From assembly GCA_944391575.1 (NCBI GenBank), contig CALXUC010000003.1, forward strand, positions 16,459-80,458: DNA of 64,000 nt. Reading direction: 5' to 3'. Source of the stretch: an uncultured Clostridia bacterium. Its GTDB lineage: Bacteria; Bacillota; Clostridia; TANB77; CAG-508. The notes beneath the pieces were generated by a model. It saw nothing but the letters and a program-made list of their open reading frames with translations. It was not told where the DNA came from and did not search any database. The position numbers and the translations under genes were made by a program. Position 1 is the stretch's first letter; each line of letters begins with the position of its first letter. This document shows positions 53,829 to 63,427 of the stretch, in pieces.

Positions 53829-54554
53829 CTATGCCTCTCTTGCGCAAATTATAATTCTGTTTTGGCTATCGTCTGTACAAGTAGTAAGAACTACTTCCCT
53901 CTTACCTCCTGTATCAACTGTTGAAAATGATGCATCTTCTGGAGTTGTTTGATACTTTTTATAAATAGTATATGTAACTCTATTTCCACTTTCATCAGTT
54001 ATATATATTTTATCTCCTACTGATAATTTATTATTGTTTGAAAAGAATAATCCGTTTCTATAATTATGTCCAGATATAACTGTTACTCCAACTTGATTTA
54101 ATCCAGGTCCTGTTAAAATACATACAGATGTTTCCATAGCATTCATTGTTGCTTCTTTTAAAACTGGTAGTTCTAAATCTGTTTTAGGTATTTCAATATA
54201 TCCTACCATTGGGAAACCTTTATATAAAGTTTCTCCTGTTGAATTTCCTGAGGTTGTATTTCCTCCATTATTATTTGTTATTGTGTTTTGGTCTGGTACA
54301 ACTAAATTACCATATGGATCAACTAATCCACCTGAAGTTGAATTGTTTAATGTATTATCTCCTGTTGTTGGTAAATTTAAAGATGTATTACCATTCACTT
54401 GGTTTTTAAATGCTTCTATTCCTGTTTCTGCATCGCTATTAACTCTATATTTTGTTAATGTATCTACACCCCAAAAAATAAGTAAGCCAACTATTATTAC
54501 TATTACTATTATTAATATAATTGTTAGAAATTTACTATATCTACTATTATACAT
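53829..54554 (-). CDS. sortase family transpeptidase
   Basis: N-terminal TM segment, VISGHNYRNG and VVLTTCTD (the TLxTC catalytic Cys). The ATG at 54554 has RBS AAGGAG 8 nt upstream. The ORF track extends to 54596. Confidence 0.8.
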   Translation of the reverse strand: MYNSRYSKFLTIILIIVIVIIVGLLIFWGVDTLTKYRVNSDAETGIEAFKNQVNGNTSLNLPTTGDNTLNNSTSGGLVDPYGNLVVPDQNTITNNNGGNTTSGNSTGETLYKGFPMVGYIEIPKTDLELPVLKEATMNAMETSVCILTGPGLNQVGVTVISGHNYRNGLFFSNNNKLSVGDKIYITDESGNRVTYTIYKKYQTTPEDASFSTVDTGGKREVVLTTCTDDSQNRIIICAREA

Positions 54555-54723
54555 AATATAATCTCCTTTCACACTCATAATAATATTATACCACATTTTT
54601 AAGGGTTTGAACAGTGTTTTTTGTCATTTTTTATATAATTTCCCAAAAAAATATAGTTTTCATAACTTTATATGTGTATATTTTATGTAGATTTAGATAT
54701 ATATTAATTATTTTTAACGTACT

Positions 54724-54755
54724 TGAAAAAAGAAGAGCCTCTCTTTGCTCTTCTT
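54724..54755 (-). terminator. Rho-independent terminator inside the sortase upstream region
   Basis: Minus strand reads AAGAAGAGC-aaagagag-GCTCTTCTT followed by TTTTTTC. Confidence 0.6.
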
Positions 54756-54969
54756 AAAAAATATAATAAGGGTAATTTTATACAAATTCTATGGGGTTAA
54801 TTATAAAAACAATCTATAGGCAAGCACATCCTTTCTTTTTATTATTAATTTTAAGGGTTCCCTCTTAACTTGTCCTTATTTTATAATACGTTTATGACCT
54901 TTTAGTGAAAATAATTTGTAATTTGAGTAAATTAAAACAAGAATAAATATTACATTTAAATTTTAAAAA

Positions 54970-55001
54970 TACAAAAATAACAGGGAAGCATATAGCTTCC
55001 C
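54970..55001 (-). terminator. terminator after the 70-aa membrane-protein ORF
   Basis: Minus strand reads GGGAAGC-tatat-GCTTCCC followed by TGTTATTTTTGT. Confidence 0.55.
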
Positions 55002-55025
55002 CTCTCCTTCCTTTTCTTTAATTTA

Positions 55026-55238
55026 TTAAGAAAAGATTATCGACCAAAGGACATACCCAAAATATACAATAGTAAAGCCACTTAGCATAACAATAATTGC
55101 TAGATTAACTTTTGTTTTTGCATTAAGCTGATTCCGCTCAATGCAATAATTAAGTCTAAAAATAACTAACGCAACTCCGATAAGTAAAAATACTATTAAC
55201 GCTATAACAAAAAAAGTTGAAAGTATAACACTGAACAT
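55026..55238 (-). CDS. small two-TM membrane protein, hypothetical
   Basis: 70 aa with two hydrophobic helices and RBS GGGAGG. Confidence 0.45.
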   Translation of the reverse strand: MFSVILSTFFVIALIVFLLIGVALVIFRLNYCIERNQLNAKTKVNLAIIVMLSGFTIVYFGYVLWSIIFS

Positions 55239-55308
55239 GGATACCTCCCGGCTTTAAATTATAAAAGGATAATTATATTATACAATTTTCTAAGTAAATT
55301 TGCAAGTT

Positions 55309-55686
<378 letters not shown>

Positions 55687-55708
55687 TTACTGTTCAATAA
55701 GAGAATAT

Positions 55709-55735
55709 CTAACTTTTGCAAAAACTTGATATATA
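55709..55735 (-). repeat. 27-bp remnant of type A element edge
   Basis: ACTTTTGCAAAAACTTGATATATAG matches 21144-21168, the flank plus stem start of that copy. Confidence 0.5.
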
Positions 55736-55748
55736 GTATAATAATATA

Positions 55749-57494
55749 CTATTTTATAAGCACAGCTTTTATTCTTCTAACTCCAGCAGAACTTGCCTCT
55801 TCTTTTTTAATTTTAAATTTTCCCATATTTCCAGTTCTTGCAACGTGTGGGCCACCACAAATTTCTTTCGAGAAATCTCCTATTGTATATACTTTTACTT
55901 TATCTCCATACTTATTAGTAAATAAGCCGATTGCTCCGCTTTTTTTAGCTTCTTCTAATGTCATTTCTTCACAAGTTACTGGTAAATCTCTTTTAATTTG
56001 CTCATTTACTATTCTTTCTACTTCTTCTAATTGTTCTTTAGTAAGTTTTTCTGGATGTTTAAAGTCAAATCTTAATCTTTCTTCTGTAATATTTGAGCCA
56101 CTTTGTGTTGCATGTTCCCCTAGAACTATTTGCAAAGCTTTATGTAAAAGATGAGTCGCTGTATGGTATGCTATTGTTTTTTCATTTTGGTCTGCCATAC
56201 CGCCTTTAAATTTTTGTGTTGAACCTGCTCTAGATAATTCTTGGTGTTTTGCAAATAATTCTTTAAATTCATTCATATTAATAGTTTTTCCATGCTCTTT
56301 TGCCAATTCTTCTGTCATTTCTGGAGGAAATCCATATGTATCATATAATCTAAATACTAATTCTCCAGGTATTTCTTTATCTTTTACTTCATCAATATGT
56401 TTTAAAAATTCCTTTTCGCCTTTTTCTAATGTTGTAACAAACTTATCTTTTTCTTTTAATAATTCTTTTATTACAATCTCTCTATTCTCTTCTAATTCAG
56501 GATACATATTATTTATACTATTTACCATAGTATTTGCAATAAGTTCTAAATTACTAAACTCTATTTCTAATTTTCTTAAATGACGTACTAACCTACGTAT
56601 TAATCTTCTTAAAATATAACCTTGGTCTACATTGCTTGGTCTTACACCATCCACCATAAGCATTAAACTAGCTCTCACATGGTCTGATATTATTCTTGCA
56701 CTTGATACATTATAATTTTTAGATAATTCTTTTATTTTATCCATTGTTGGCTTAAATATTTCTGTATCAAATGGTGTTTCTTTTCCTTGTAATAACATCG
56801 TAGCTCTCTCTAAACCTAAACCAGTATCTACATTTTTTTGTTCTAAAGGTCTAATTCCGTTTTTATCTTTATAATATTGCATAAATACATTATTCCAAAT
56901 CTCTACATATTTACCACAGCCACAAGATGGATTACATTCTTCAGAGCATTTTTCTTTTCCAGTATCATAAAAAATCTCTGTATCTGGTCCACAAGGTCCT
57001 TCTTCTCCAGCTATCCACCAGTTATCATCTTTTCCAAAGAAATATATTCTTTCTCTTGGTATACCACATTTTTCCCAAATTGCAGCAGCTTCTTCATCTC
57101 TTGATGCATCCTCATCACCTTTAAAGCAAGTTACTGATAATTTTTCAACAGGTATCTCTAAATCTTTTGTTAAAAACTCATAACTCATGCTTATAGATTC
57201 TTCTTTAAAATAATCTCCTATAGACCAATTTCCTAACATTTCAAAAAATGTTAAATGTCTATTATCTCCTACATCTTCAATATCGCCTGTTCTTAAACAT
57301 TTTTGGTAATCTGTAATTCTTTTTCCCATAGGATGTTTTTCTCCTAAAAGATATGGTACTAATTGTTGCATTCCAGCTGATGTAAATAATACTGATGAAT
57401 CATTTTCAGGTACAAGTGGTGCACTTGGTATTACTGCATGTCCATGTCTTTTAAAAAAATCTAAATATTTGTTTCTCAATTCTATTGCTTTCAT
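55749..57494 (-). CDS. alaS: alanine--tRNA ligase, short form (catalytic + editing domains, no C-Ala domain)
   Basis: 581 aa with FTSAGMQQLVPY, FFEMLGNWSIGDYFK, the editing motifs HTATHLLH and CGGPHV. It ends at RRIKAVLIK. Confidence 0.75.
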   Translation of the reverse strand: MKAIELRNKYLDFFKRHGHAVIPSAPLVPENDSSVLFTSAGMQQLVPYLLGEKHPMGKRITDYQKCLRTGDIEDVGDNRHLTFFEMLGNWSIGDYFKEESISMSYEFLTKDLEIPVEKLSVTCFKGDEDASRDEEAAAIWEKCGIPRERIYFFGKDDNWWIAGEEGPCGPDTEIFYDTGKEKCSEECNPSCGCGKYVEIWNNVFMQYYKDKNGIRPLEQKNVDTGLGLERATMLLQGKETPFDTEIFKPTMDKIKELSKNYNVSSARIISDHVRASLMLMVDGVRPSNVDQGYILRRLIRRLVRHLRKLEIEFSNLELIANTMVNSINNMYPELEENREIVIKELLKEKDKFVTTLEKGEKEFLKHIDEVKDKEIPGELVFRLYDTYGFPPEMTEELAKEHGKTINMNEFKELFAKHQELSRAGSTQKFKGGMADQNEKTIAYHTATHLLHKALQIVLGEHATQSGSNITEERLRFDFKHPEKLTKEQLEEVERIVNEQIKRDLPVTCEEMTLEEAKKSGAIGLFTNKYGDKVKVYTIGDFSKEICGGPHVARTGNMGKFKIKKEEASSAGVRRIKAVLIK

Positions 57495-57529
57495 TATTAT
57501 CTCTCCTTTTTTAGTCTTACTAGATATTT

Positions 57530-57558
57530 ATAATACCATAATTTCTTTAAAATTTCAA
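57530..57558 (-). promoter_or_regulatory. sigma-A promoter for the alaS-like gene
   Basis: Minus strand reads TTGAAA - 17 nt - TATTAT with an extended TGg. The leader is only ~30 nt. Confidence 0.45.
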
Positions 57559-57597
57559 CTAATTAAGGAAAATCAGTAAAAAAATTGTAACGTACCA

Positions 57598-58470
57598 TTA
57601 CCTCGTACTTATATGTACATTTTCAATTTCTGCATTTAATTCTCTAGTTACTATATTTTGAATTTGAGCAATCTCCTCTTTTGATAATTCATCTGCTTTT
57701 ACAATTACGCTTATACTATCTATATTTATAAATATAACAACATCTTCTAAACCTTTAGTTTTTATTAAGTTTTCTGCTATCATTATTGAATTTTTTTGAT
57801 TATTTATTTTAGCAATTTCTTCTGTTGCTATTGCTTTTTGTTCTGCACTTACATTTATATTGTCTAATATTTTTTGATAGCTTTCTAACATTTGTGAATA
57901 CATTTTATCTCTATCTAATCTTGAATTTATAAAATAATCATCCACTTCTTTTACTTCGGCATTAGTATTTATTGTTGTATTTTCTATAATCTTATTTGTT
58001 TCTGTGATATTATTTTCTACGATATTTTCATTTTCCGTATTATTATCTACATTTCCACTCACATTTTGAACAGTATTTTCTTCTACATCTAACTTATTAT
58101 TTTCTTTAGCCTCTTCTATTTCTTCCACTATTTGTTGAGTACTTACAAATGTTGCATCCCCTATATCTGCTAATGCACTATTATCTAGAGTAGTACTTAC
58201 AAAATTAGTTTCTGCCATTGGGTTATACGCCAAATAACCAACACCTACTAAACAAAGTGCTGATATAAACATTATTATTTGATTTTTCTTTATCACTTTT
58301 ACAAAGAACCTCCTACTTTTTTTATTTTTTGTATTTACATTTCTCTTTACCATTAAACTTGTGTTCTCTTTAGATTCATCTGTTATAAATATTGTAGGTA
58401 TAGTTTTTTTCATCCTCTTTCCTTCTTGTTGCTTCTTTTTTAAACTACTTATTAATTCCCTTCTATTCAT
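57598..58470 (-). CDS. spoIIIAH: stage III sporulation protein AH
   Basis: One TM segment and a C-terminal YscJ/FliF-like domain (KTKGLEDVVIFINIDSISVIVKADELSKEEIAQIQNIV). Start is uncertain (58479 or 58470). Confidence 0.8.
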   Translation of the reverse strand: MNRRELISSLKKKQQEGKRMKKTIPTIFITDESKENTSLMVKRNVNTKNKKSRRFFVKVIKKNQIIMFISALCLVGVGYLAYNPMAETNFVSTTLDNSALADIGDATFVSTQQIVEEIEEAKENNKLDVEENTVQNVSGNVDNNTENENIVENNITETNKIIENTTINTNAEVKEVDDYFINSRLDRDKMYSQMLESYQKILDNINVSAEQKAIATEEIAKINNQKNSIMIAENLIKTKGLEDVVIFINIDSISVIVKADELSKEEIAQIQNIVTRELNAEIENVHISTR

Positions 58471-58494
58471 AAAACTCATCCTTTCAAAATATTT

Positions 58495-59130
58495 TTAACT
58501 TTTTAATTGAAAAACTTGTATTTTATGAGTACTTAATCCTGTAACCGCTTCTACTGCTAATATAATATTATTCTTTATATTTGCATCATTTGCACCTTCT
58601 GCTAAAACTATTGCCCCCTCAACTTTTGGCATAGTAACCTTTTCCGTTATAGGTACTTTTTCGCCATTGTTTTCTGTATAAACTACTTCCTTACTACTAT
58701 CAGTTTCTGCTATTGTTCTCACACCTCCTGAAGAATCTGTTTCTTCCGTAGTACTTTCTGTTATATTTTCATTATACATAGGTTGAACGGTGCTACTTTC
58801 TGTATATGTAATCATAACTTGAACTTTACCAGCTCCATCTATATTAGATAATATGTTTTCTAACTCATTCTTTAATATATATTCCTGATTTTCAATATTT
58901 GTTCCAGTTTGTTCAGTTGCTAAAACAGTTGTATTTTCATTTTGAGTAACAAATTGTTTTTCACTATTTATTATATTACTATTTTTACTATCATCAGGTT
59001 GCCAGATTAAATTTATTGCTATTACTACTACTATTAATAATATTAGAAAAAATACCAAATTTTCTATCTTTTTCTTTTGATTAGCATCTTTATTAAAACC
59101 TTCTTTTAATTTTTTAAAAAACTCTCCCAT
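58495..59130 (-). CDS. spoIIIAG: stage III sporulation protein AG
   Basis: 211 aa with GAGKVQVMITY and VEGAIVLAEGANDANIKNNIILAVEAVTGL. Confidence 0.85.
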   Translation of the reverse strand: MGEFFKKLKEGFNKDANQKKKIENLVFFLILLIVVVIAINLIWQPDDSKNSNIINSEKQFVTQNENTTVLATEQTGTNIENQEYILKNELENILSNIDGAGKVQVMITYTESSTVQPMYNENITESTTEETDSSGGVRTIAETDSSKEVVYTENNGEKVPITEKVTMPKVEGAIVLAEGANDANIKNNIILAVEAVTGLSTHKIQVFQLKS

Positions 59131-59165
59131 AACAATTTCATTCCTTTCATATTTTTATATACAAT

Positions 59166-59750
59166 TTAACTTATATAAATATCTTTTGCAGATATTCTGT
59201 AATTTTTATTTAAAAATTCCTTTATTATTGATTTATCATTTTCAGTTAATTTACTTTCGTTTTTTATTTCCGTATTACTTGTATTAGAAACATCTATTTC
59301 GACATTCTCTATATTTATTTCAGGAACTAATTCTACATTTTCAACTTGCAAATATATTTTTTTAATATCTCCATAATTTTTACTTTCGTCTATTTCAAGT
59401 TCTATAGAATTTACAACGTAATTCAAGTTTTCAATTCCTGTTTTTATATTTCTAGTTAAATTTTCTCTATAAACTTTTATAATATTTTGGTCTGTTACTA
59501 TACTTGCAGTTTCTTGTACTTCTACTACATTTTCTGGCATAAGCATATTAGTATATTTATCTATATCTAATTCTATATTTCCATTAAATTTAAGAACTAT
59601 AGGGGAAATAATTGTAAATAGTATAAAAACTCCTGATACCATTTTTATGTATTTTTTATTTTTATTTTCAGGTAATATAAGTTCTAAAATAGTCGCTATT
59701 ATAACTGCAACTATTACGCCACTTGCCCAACTATTTATAAATTGCTGCAC
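59166..59750 (-). CDS. spoIIIAF: stage III sporulation protein AF
   Basis: 194 aa with an N-terminal TM pair (WASGVIVAVIIATILELILPE). Operon position supports the call. Confidence 0.8.
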   Translation of the reverse strand: MQQFINSWASGVIVAVIIATILELILPENKNKKYIKMVSGVFILFTIISPIVLKFNGNIELDIDKYTNMLMPENVVEVQETASIVTDQNIIKVYRENLTRNIKTGIENLNYVVNSIELEIDESKNYGDIKKIYLQVENVELVPEINIENVEIDVSNTSNTEIKNESKLTENDKSIIKEFLNKNYRISAKDIYIS

Positions 59751-59764
59751 ATTATTTACCTCCT

Positions 59765-60986
59765 TTACCTATACATCATTCCGCTATTCGAAATTTTAAT
59801 TACTATTGCAACACCTATTAAAAACATTGCTGTTATAACAAAGAGGATTCCTAGCAAAACCTTAAATGTATCACCTACTTGCTCTAATAATTTTACAATT
59901 TTTTTATCTGCAATAGGCTCTGCTAAAGCTGTTGCAATACTATATGTAATTGTTATTAAGCTCAGTTTTATAAGTGGTACTATAGCTATACTTATAATTA
60001 CCAAAATACCTACTATTCCTACTGCATTTTTTAAAACAACTGCACTACCTAAAACAGTGTCTATAGAATCACCTAATGCTTTACCGCACTACAGGTACTA
60101 AACTCGAAACTGCTGCTTTGGCAGTTTTAGCTGTTATACCATCTATGCTACTGCTTAAAGTTCCTTCTAATGATAAAACACCTACAAAAACAGTTAGAAC
60201 TATTCCTAAAATCCAAACTACTGTTGATTTAAAAAATTTAGATAATTTCCCTATTTCTATTTTTTCTGAAATATTTGATACTATTGATAATACTGTACCT
60301 ACTAAAATTAATGGTATTATAACTATAGAAATTAAATTTCCTATAAATGCTATAAAAAACAATATTAACGGTTGTACAAGTCCAGCAGATACAATACTTC
60401 CAGTACTTATCATTAAAGTAATAAGAAGTGGAACTAAGGTATATAAAAATCCTATCAAACTATCTATTGTTGTAGTTATTAATGATAAAATTTCTGAAAA
60501 ATTCGATAAAATAATTGTTACTATTAAAATATATTGTACAAAGTATGCGACTTTTGCTGCACTATTATTCTCTAAATTTTCTGCTATAGTTTTTACTATA
60601 CTTACAATAACAATTACAGCTAAAATCATTGCTAATAATCTTATAGTTAATATTATTTCTTCACCAACTAAATTTAAGATTTTATTAAAAATACCTTCAT
60701 TATCTACTTTCCCAGTAATAGCAGATGCCAATATTTCTGATGTATCTATATCTGGGAACGTATTTTTAGTATATTCATCCGCTTCTTTTATAAAAGTAGA
60801 AATATTTAGTGTAGATTTCTGTTCATTTATTATTTCATCTAAAACTTCTTCTCTTATCTCTTCTGTTGACTCTTCTGAATTTATTTCTGTTGCATATGTA
60901 ATTATAGGGGTAAATATATGTAGAGCTAGAAAAACTATAATATATATAAGTAAAAATTTCTTTAACAGTTTTTTCATATAACTCAT
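59765..60986 (-). pseudogene. spoIIIAE: stage III sporulation protein AE, interrupted by a 1-nt frameshift at ~60084-60091
   Basis: The upstream frame ends …AVSSLVPVVR* at 60081. The next frame reads GKALGDSIDTVLGSAVVLKNAVGIVGILVIISIAIVPLIK… into the 59765-60004 ORF. Deleting one nt from GTAGTGCGGTAAA rejoins a normal ~406-aa SpoIIIAE. Confidence 0.75.
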
Positions 60987-61001
60987 TCCTTTGTTCTTAT
61001 A

Positions 61002-61388
61002 TTAAGTCATTATTTTTAATATCATTTCTAATAAACTTGCTATAATCGGTATTGAAATTGCAACCATGATTATTTTAGCACCAAAATCAATTTTAGAAGC
61101 AATAGCCGCTTCACCTGCATCTTTACATACACTTATTGCAAATTCACTTAATATAGCAATTCCTGTTATTTTTAGTAATATAATTATAAAATCTTTATTA
61201 ATATTTGCTTTATTAGAAAGATTCATTAATAAATCTATTATTCCAGATAGTTTGTCCATTACTAATAAAAATATAATAAGACCTGCAGCTATAGATATGT
61301 ACAATGCAAATTCTGGTTTATATTGCTTTATTACTATTATTAATATTAAAGCAATAAGACCAATACCAATAATCTTTATAATTTCCAT
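61002..61388 (-). CDS. spoIIIAD: stage III sporulation protein AD
   Basis: 128 aa with four TM segments. MEIIKIIGIGLIALILIIVIKQYKPEF is typical of SpoIIIAD. Confidence 0.85.
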   Translation of the reverse strand: MEIIKIIGIGLIALILIIVIKQYKPEFALYISIAAGLIIFLLVMDKLSGIIDLLMNLSNKANINKDFIIILLKITGIAILSEFAISVCKDAGEAAIASKIDFGAKIIMVAISIPIIASLLEMILKIMT

Positions 61389-61422
61389 ATGTACTCCTTT
61401 TTAATAATAAAAGAAAGCATAC

Positions 61423-61617
61423 TTATAAATTAAATATTGTCCTTACTGTTGTAAATAATGTACTTATTTCTTTTATTACTATTGTTAAAACTATAATAAG
61501 ACCTGCTAATGTTGTCATCATTGCTTGGTCTTCTCTACCTGCTCGTACTAAAACTTGATGCAAAACTGCTACTAATATTCCTATAGCCGCTATTTTAAAT
61601 AATAAATTTATATCCAT
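61423..61617 (-). CDS. spoIIIAC: stage III sporulation protein AC
   Basis: 64 aa with FKIAAIGILVAVLHQVLVRAGREDQAMMTTLAGLIIVL. Confidence 0.9.
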   Translation of the reverse strand: MDINLLFKIAAIGILVAVLHQVLVRAGREDQAMMTTLAGLIIVLTIVIKEISTLFTTVRTIFNL

Positions 61618-61665
61618 AATCTTTTTACAACCTTTCTAATTTTTTATAATTAATATTCTCTATAA

Positions 61666-61753
61666 AATCTTGATATATAACTATTTGCAAATCAAGACCC
61701 GGATTGTTAAGCCATAGCTATGTTTTGATTAAAAATAGCTATATATCAAGATT
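61666..61753 (-). repeat. Nested-palindrome element, type A, core-only copy inside the spoIIIA operon
   Basis: AATCTTGATATATAACTATTTGCAAATCAAGACCCGGATTGTTAAGCCATAGCTATGTTTTGATTAAAAATAGCTATATATCAAGATT, located between spoIIIAB and spoIIIAC. Confidence 0.85.
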
Positions 61754-61774
61754 AAAAATAAGTTTTATAGTAAT

Positions 61775-62284
61775 TTATATTAAAATAATTACTAAAGTAC
61801 AGCCTACAACGCCACCTAATGTTTTATATAATTTTTCATTTTTTATTCTTTCCTTTTCAGCCTTTTCTATTTGCATGTCCAAAAATTGTTCAGTAAGTTC
61901 TATCTCACTTATTTGACCATCTTTATTAGTTTTACCTAATAATTTTCCTAAACCTTTTAAAATTTTTTTATCCTCTTTAGAAATACTTAAAAAACTATAT
62001 TCATCTATAGCACTTTCCCATGCTTTACCTGCAGCGTATCTTTTCATTCTTTCTCTCGACATTTTAAAAACGCCACCTACTGTACTTTCAAATTTATTTG
62101 ATATTTCTAAAAAAATTTCTGGTATAGGTTCATATGTATATCTTATTTTTGCTTTTAATAAATTTAATGCACTTTTAAAATCTTTTAATTCTACTACTCT
62201 ATCTTTATATTTCATAGAAATCGCATTTCCTATTAATAATGAAATTATAAATATTAAAAACATAAATATGTATTTTATAACCAT
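61775..62284 (-). CDS. spoIIIAB: stage III sporulation protein AB
   Basis: 169 aa with an N-terminal TM segment and a C-terminal TM segment. Operon position supports the call. Confidence 0.8.
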   Translation of the reverse strand: MVIKYIFMFLIFIISLLIGNAISMKYKDRVVELKDFKSALNLLKAKIRYTYEPIPEIFLEISNKFESTVGGVFKMSRERMKRYAAGKAWESAIDEYSFLSISKEDKKILKGLGKLLGKTNKDGQISEIELTEQFLDMQIEKAEKERIKNEKLYKTLGGVVGCTLVIILI

Positions 62285-62351
62285 AACAACTTCTCCTATT
62301 GTTTATTCTTCAACGTTATTCTTCATAACTTTCATTTTTTGGCTTTTACAG

Positions 62352-63263
62352 TTAATCGCAAAATCTTTCATACTTTAAAGTTCTTGTGTTTAAGTAACAT
62401 GCATTTCTAATTCTTTTATTTTCTAAAAAAATTATTCTTTGGATAATATTTAATTTTATTAAATTATTTAGTGTTGGATTTAATAATAAATCATTATAAC
62501 TATTTCCGTGTGCTGTGAAAATCCCACTCACTCCTGAACATATTGCATAATTTATAGTCTCTGTCTCATCTGCCCCACCAATTTCATCTGCTACTATAAC
62601 TTGTGGTGCCATAGACCTTATTAATAATCTCATACCTAAAACTTTAGGAACATTATCTATTACATCTGTTCTAATCCCTATATCGTTCTGCGCAACTCCT
62701 TTATACATTGCAGCTATTTCTCCTCTTTCATCTACTAAACCTACATTTAAACCTCTAAAGCCATTAACACCATTACTTATATTTCTAACTAAATCTCTTA
62801 AAATAGTTGTTTTACCTCCACCTGGTGGAGATACTATTAAAGTATTTCTTACTGTATTATTTTCGTAATCAATAACGTAATTTAAAAGTGGTCTACTGCA
62901 ATCTATAACTTGTCTTGCTATTCTAAAGTTTAAACTAGATATATAATTTATATTAATAATTCTGCCTTCTTCCATAACAGCATTTCCAGTTATACCTACT
63001 CTATGTCCACCAGTTACAGTAATAAATCCGCCACAAATTTGATTTTGATATGTATATACAGAATTTTCGCATATTCTTTCTAAAGATGTTAAAATATCTT
63101 CTGTTGTTACTATGTAATCTAAAGTAATTTCTTCTAATGATGTTCGTATTATTAGTGGCTTTTCTGCTCTTATTCTTATTTCTTCTATATTGTCGAAAGA
63201 AATAAGAGAAGAATCTATAGCTTCTACTATTAAATTAGATAAAAAAATATTTATACTTTCCAT
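62352..63263 (-). CDS. spoIIIAA: stage III sporulation protein AA (AAA+/secretion ATPase-like)
   Basis: 303 aa with Walker A SPPGGGKTTILRDL and Walker B VIVADEIG. Confidence 0.85.
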   Translation of the reverse strand: MESINIFLSNLIVEAIDSSLISFDNIEEIRIRAEKPLIIRTSLEEITLDYIVTTEDILTSLERICENSVYTYQNQICGGFITVTGGHRVGITGNAVMEEGRIININYISSLNFRIARQVIDCSRPLLNYVIDYENNTVRNTLIVSPPGGGKTTILRDLVRNISNGVNGFRGLNVGLVDERGEIAAMYKGVAQNDIGIRTDVIDNVPKVLGMRLLIRSMAPQVIVADEIGGADETETINYAICSGVSGIFTAHGNSYNDLLLNPTLNNLIKLNIIQRIIFLENKRIRNACYLNTRTLKYERFCD

Positions 63264-63288
63264 ATTAATATATATATTCAGGAAAAAT

Positions 63289-63330
63289 AAAAATAGAACT
63301 AAAATTTTAAAAATTTTAGTTCTATTTTTT
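63289..63330. terminator. bidirectional terminator between prmC and spoIIIAA
   Basis: Near-perfect palindrome ATAGAACTAAAATTTT / AAAATTTTAGTTCTAT, flanked by an A-run and a T6 run. Confidence 0.6.
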
Positions 63331-63387
63331 GATAAAAAATATTAATATGTAAGTACCACTAATATTTATCTAGCTGTGAATAGTAAC
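63326..63387 (-). repeat. half copy of type B nested-palindrome element
   Basis: TTTTTGATAAAAAATATTAATATGTAAGTACCACTAATATTTATCTAGCTGTGAATAGTAAC, comparable to 42426-42486 and 19126-19187. Confidence 0.75.
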
Positions 63388-63427
63388 TGATATATAGCTA
63401 TTTTTAGTTAAAAACCAAGCTTAAGCA
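63388..63427 (+). repeat. left-half fragment of type A element, ending at the prmC stop codon
   Basis: TGATATATAGCTATTTTTAGTTAAAAACCAAGCTTAAGCAC. The ACAATCCGGGTCTTGA core and the right arm are absent. Confidence 0.65.

Noticed and set aside
54597-55025. c-di-GMP (GEMM-I/II) or other known riboswitch upstream of sortase.
   Set aside because: I could not find the conserved GGCAAACC / ACGCAC-type elements or any other riboswitch core by eye. It is retained only as an unclassified leader/sRNA candidate.
57584-57592. AATTGTAAC upstream of the alaS-like gene as a MITE terminal remnant.
   Set aside because: It is only a 9-nt match with no adjoining element sequence, which is compatible with chance in AT-rich DNA.
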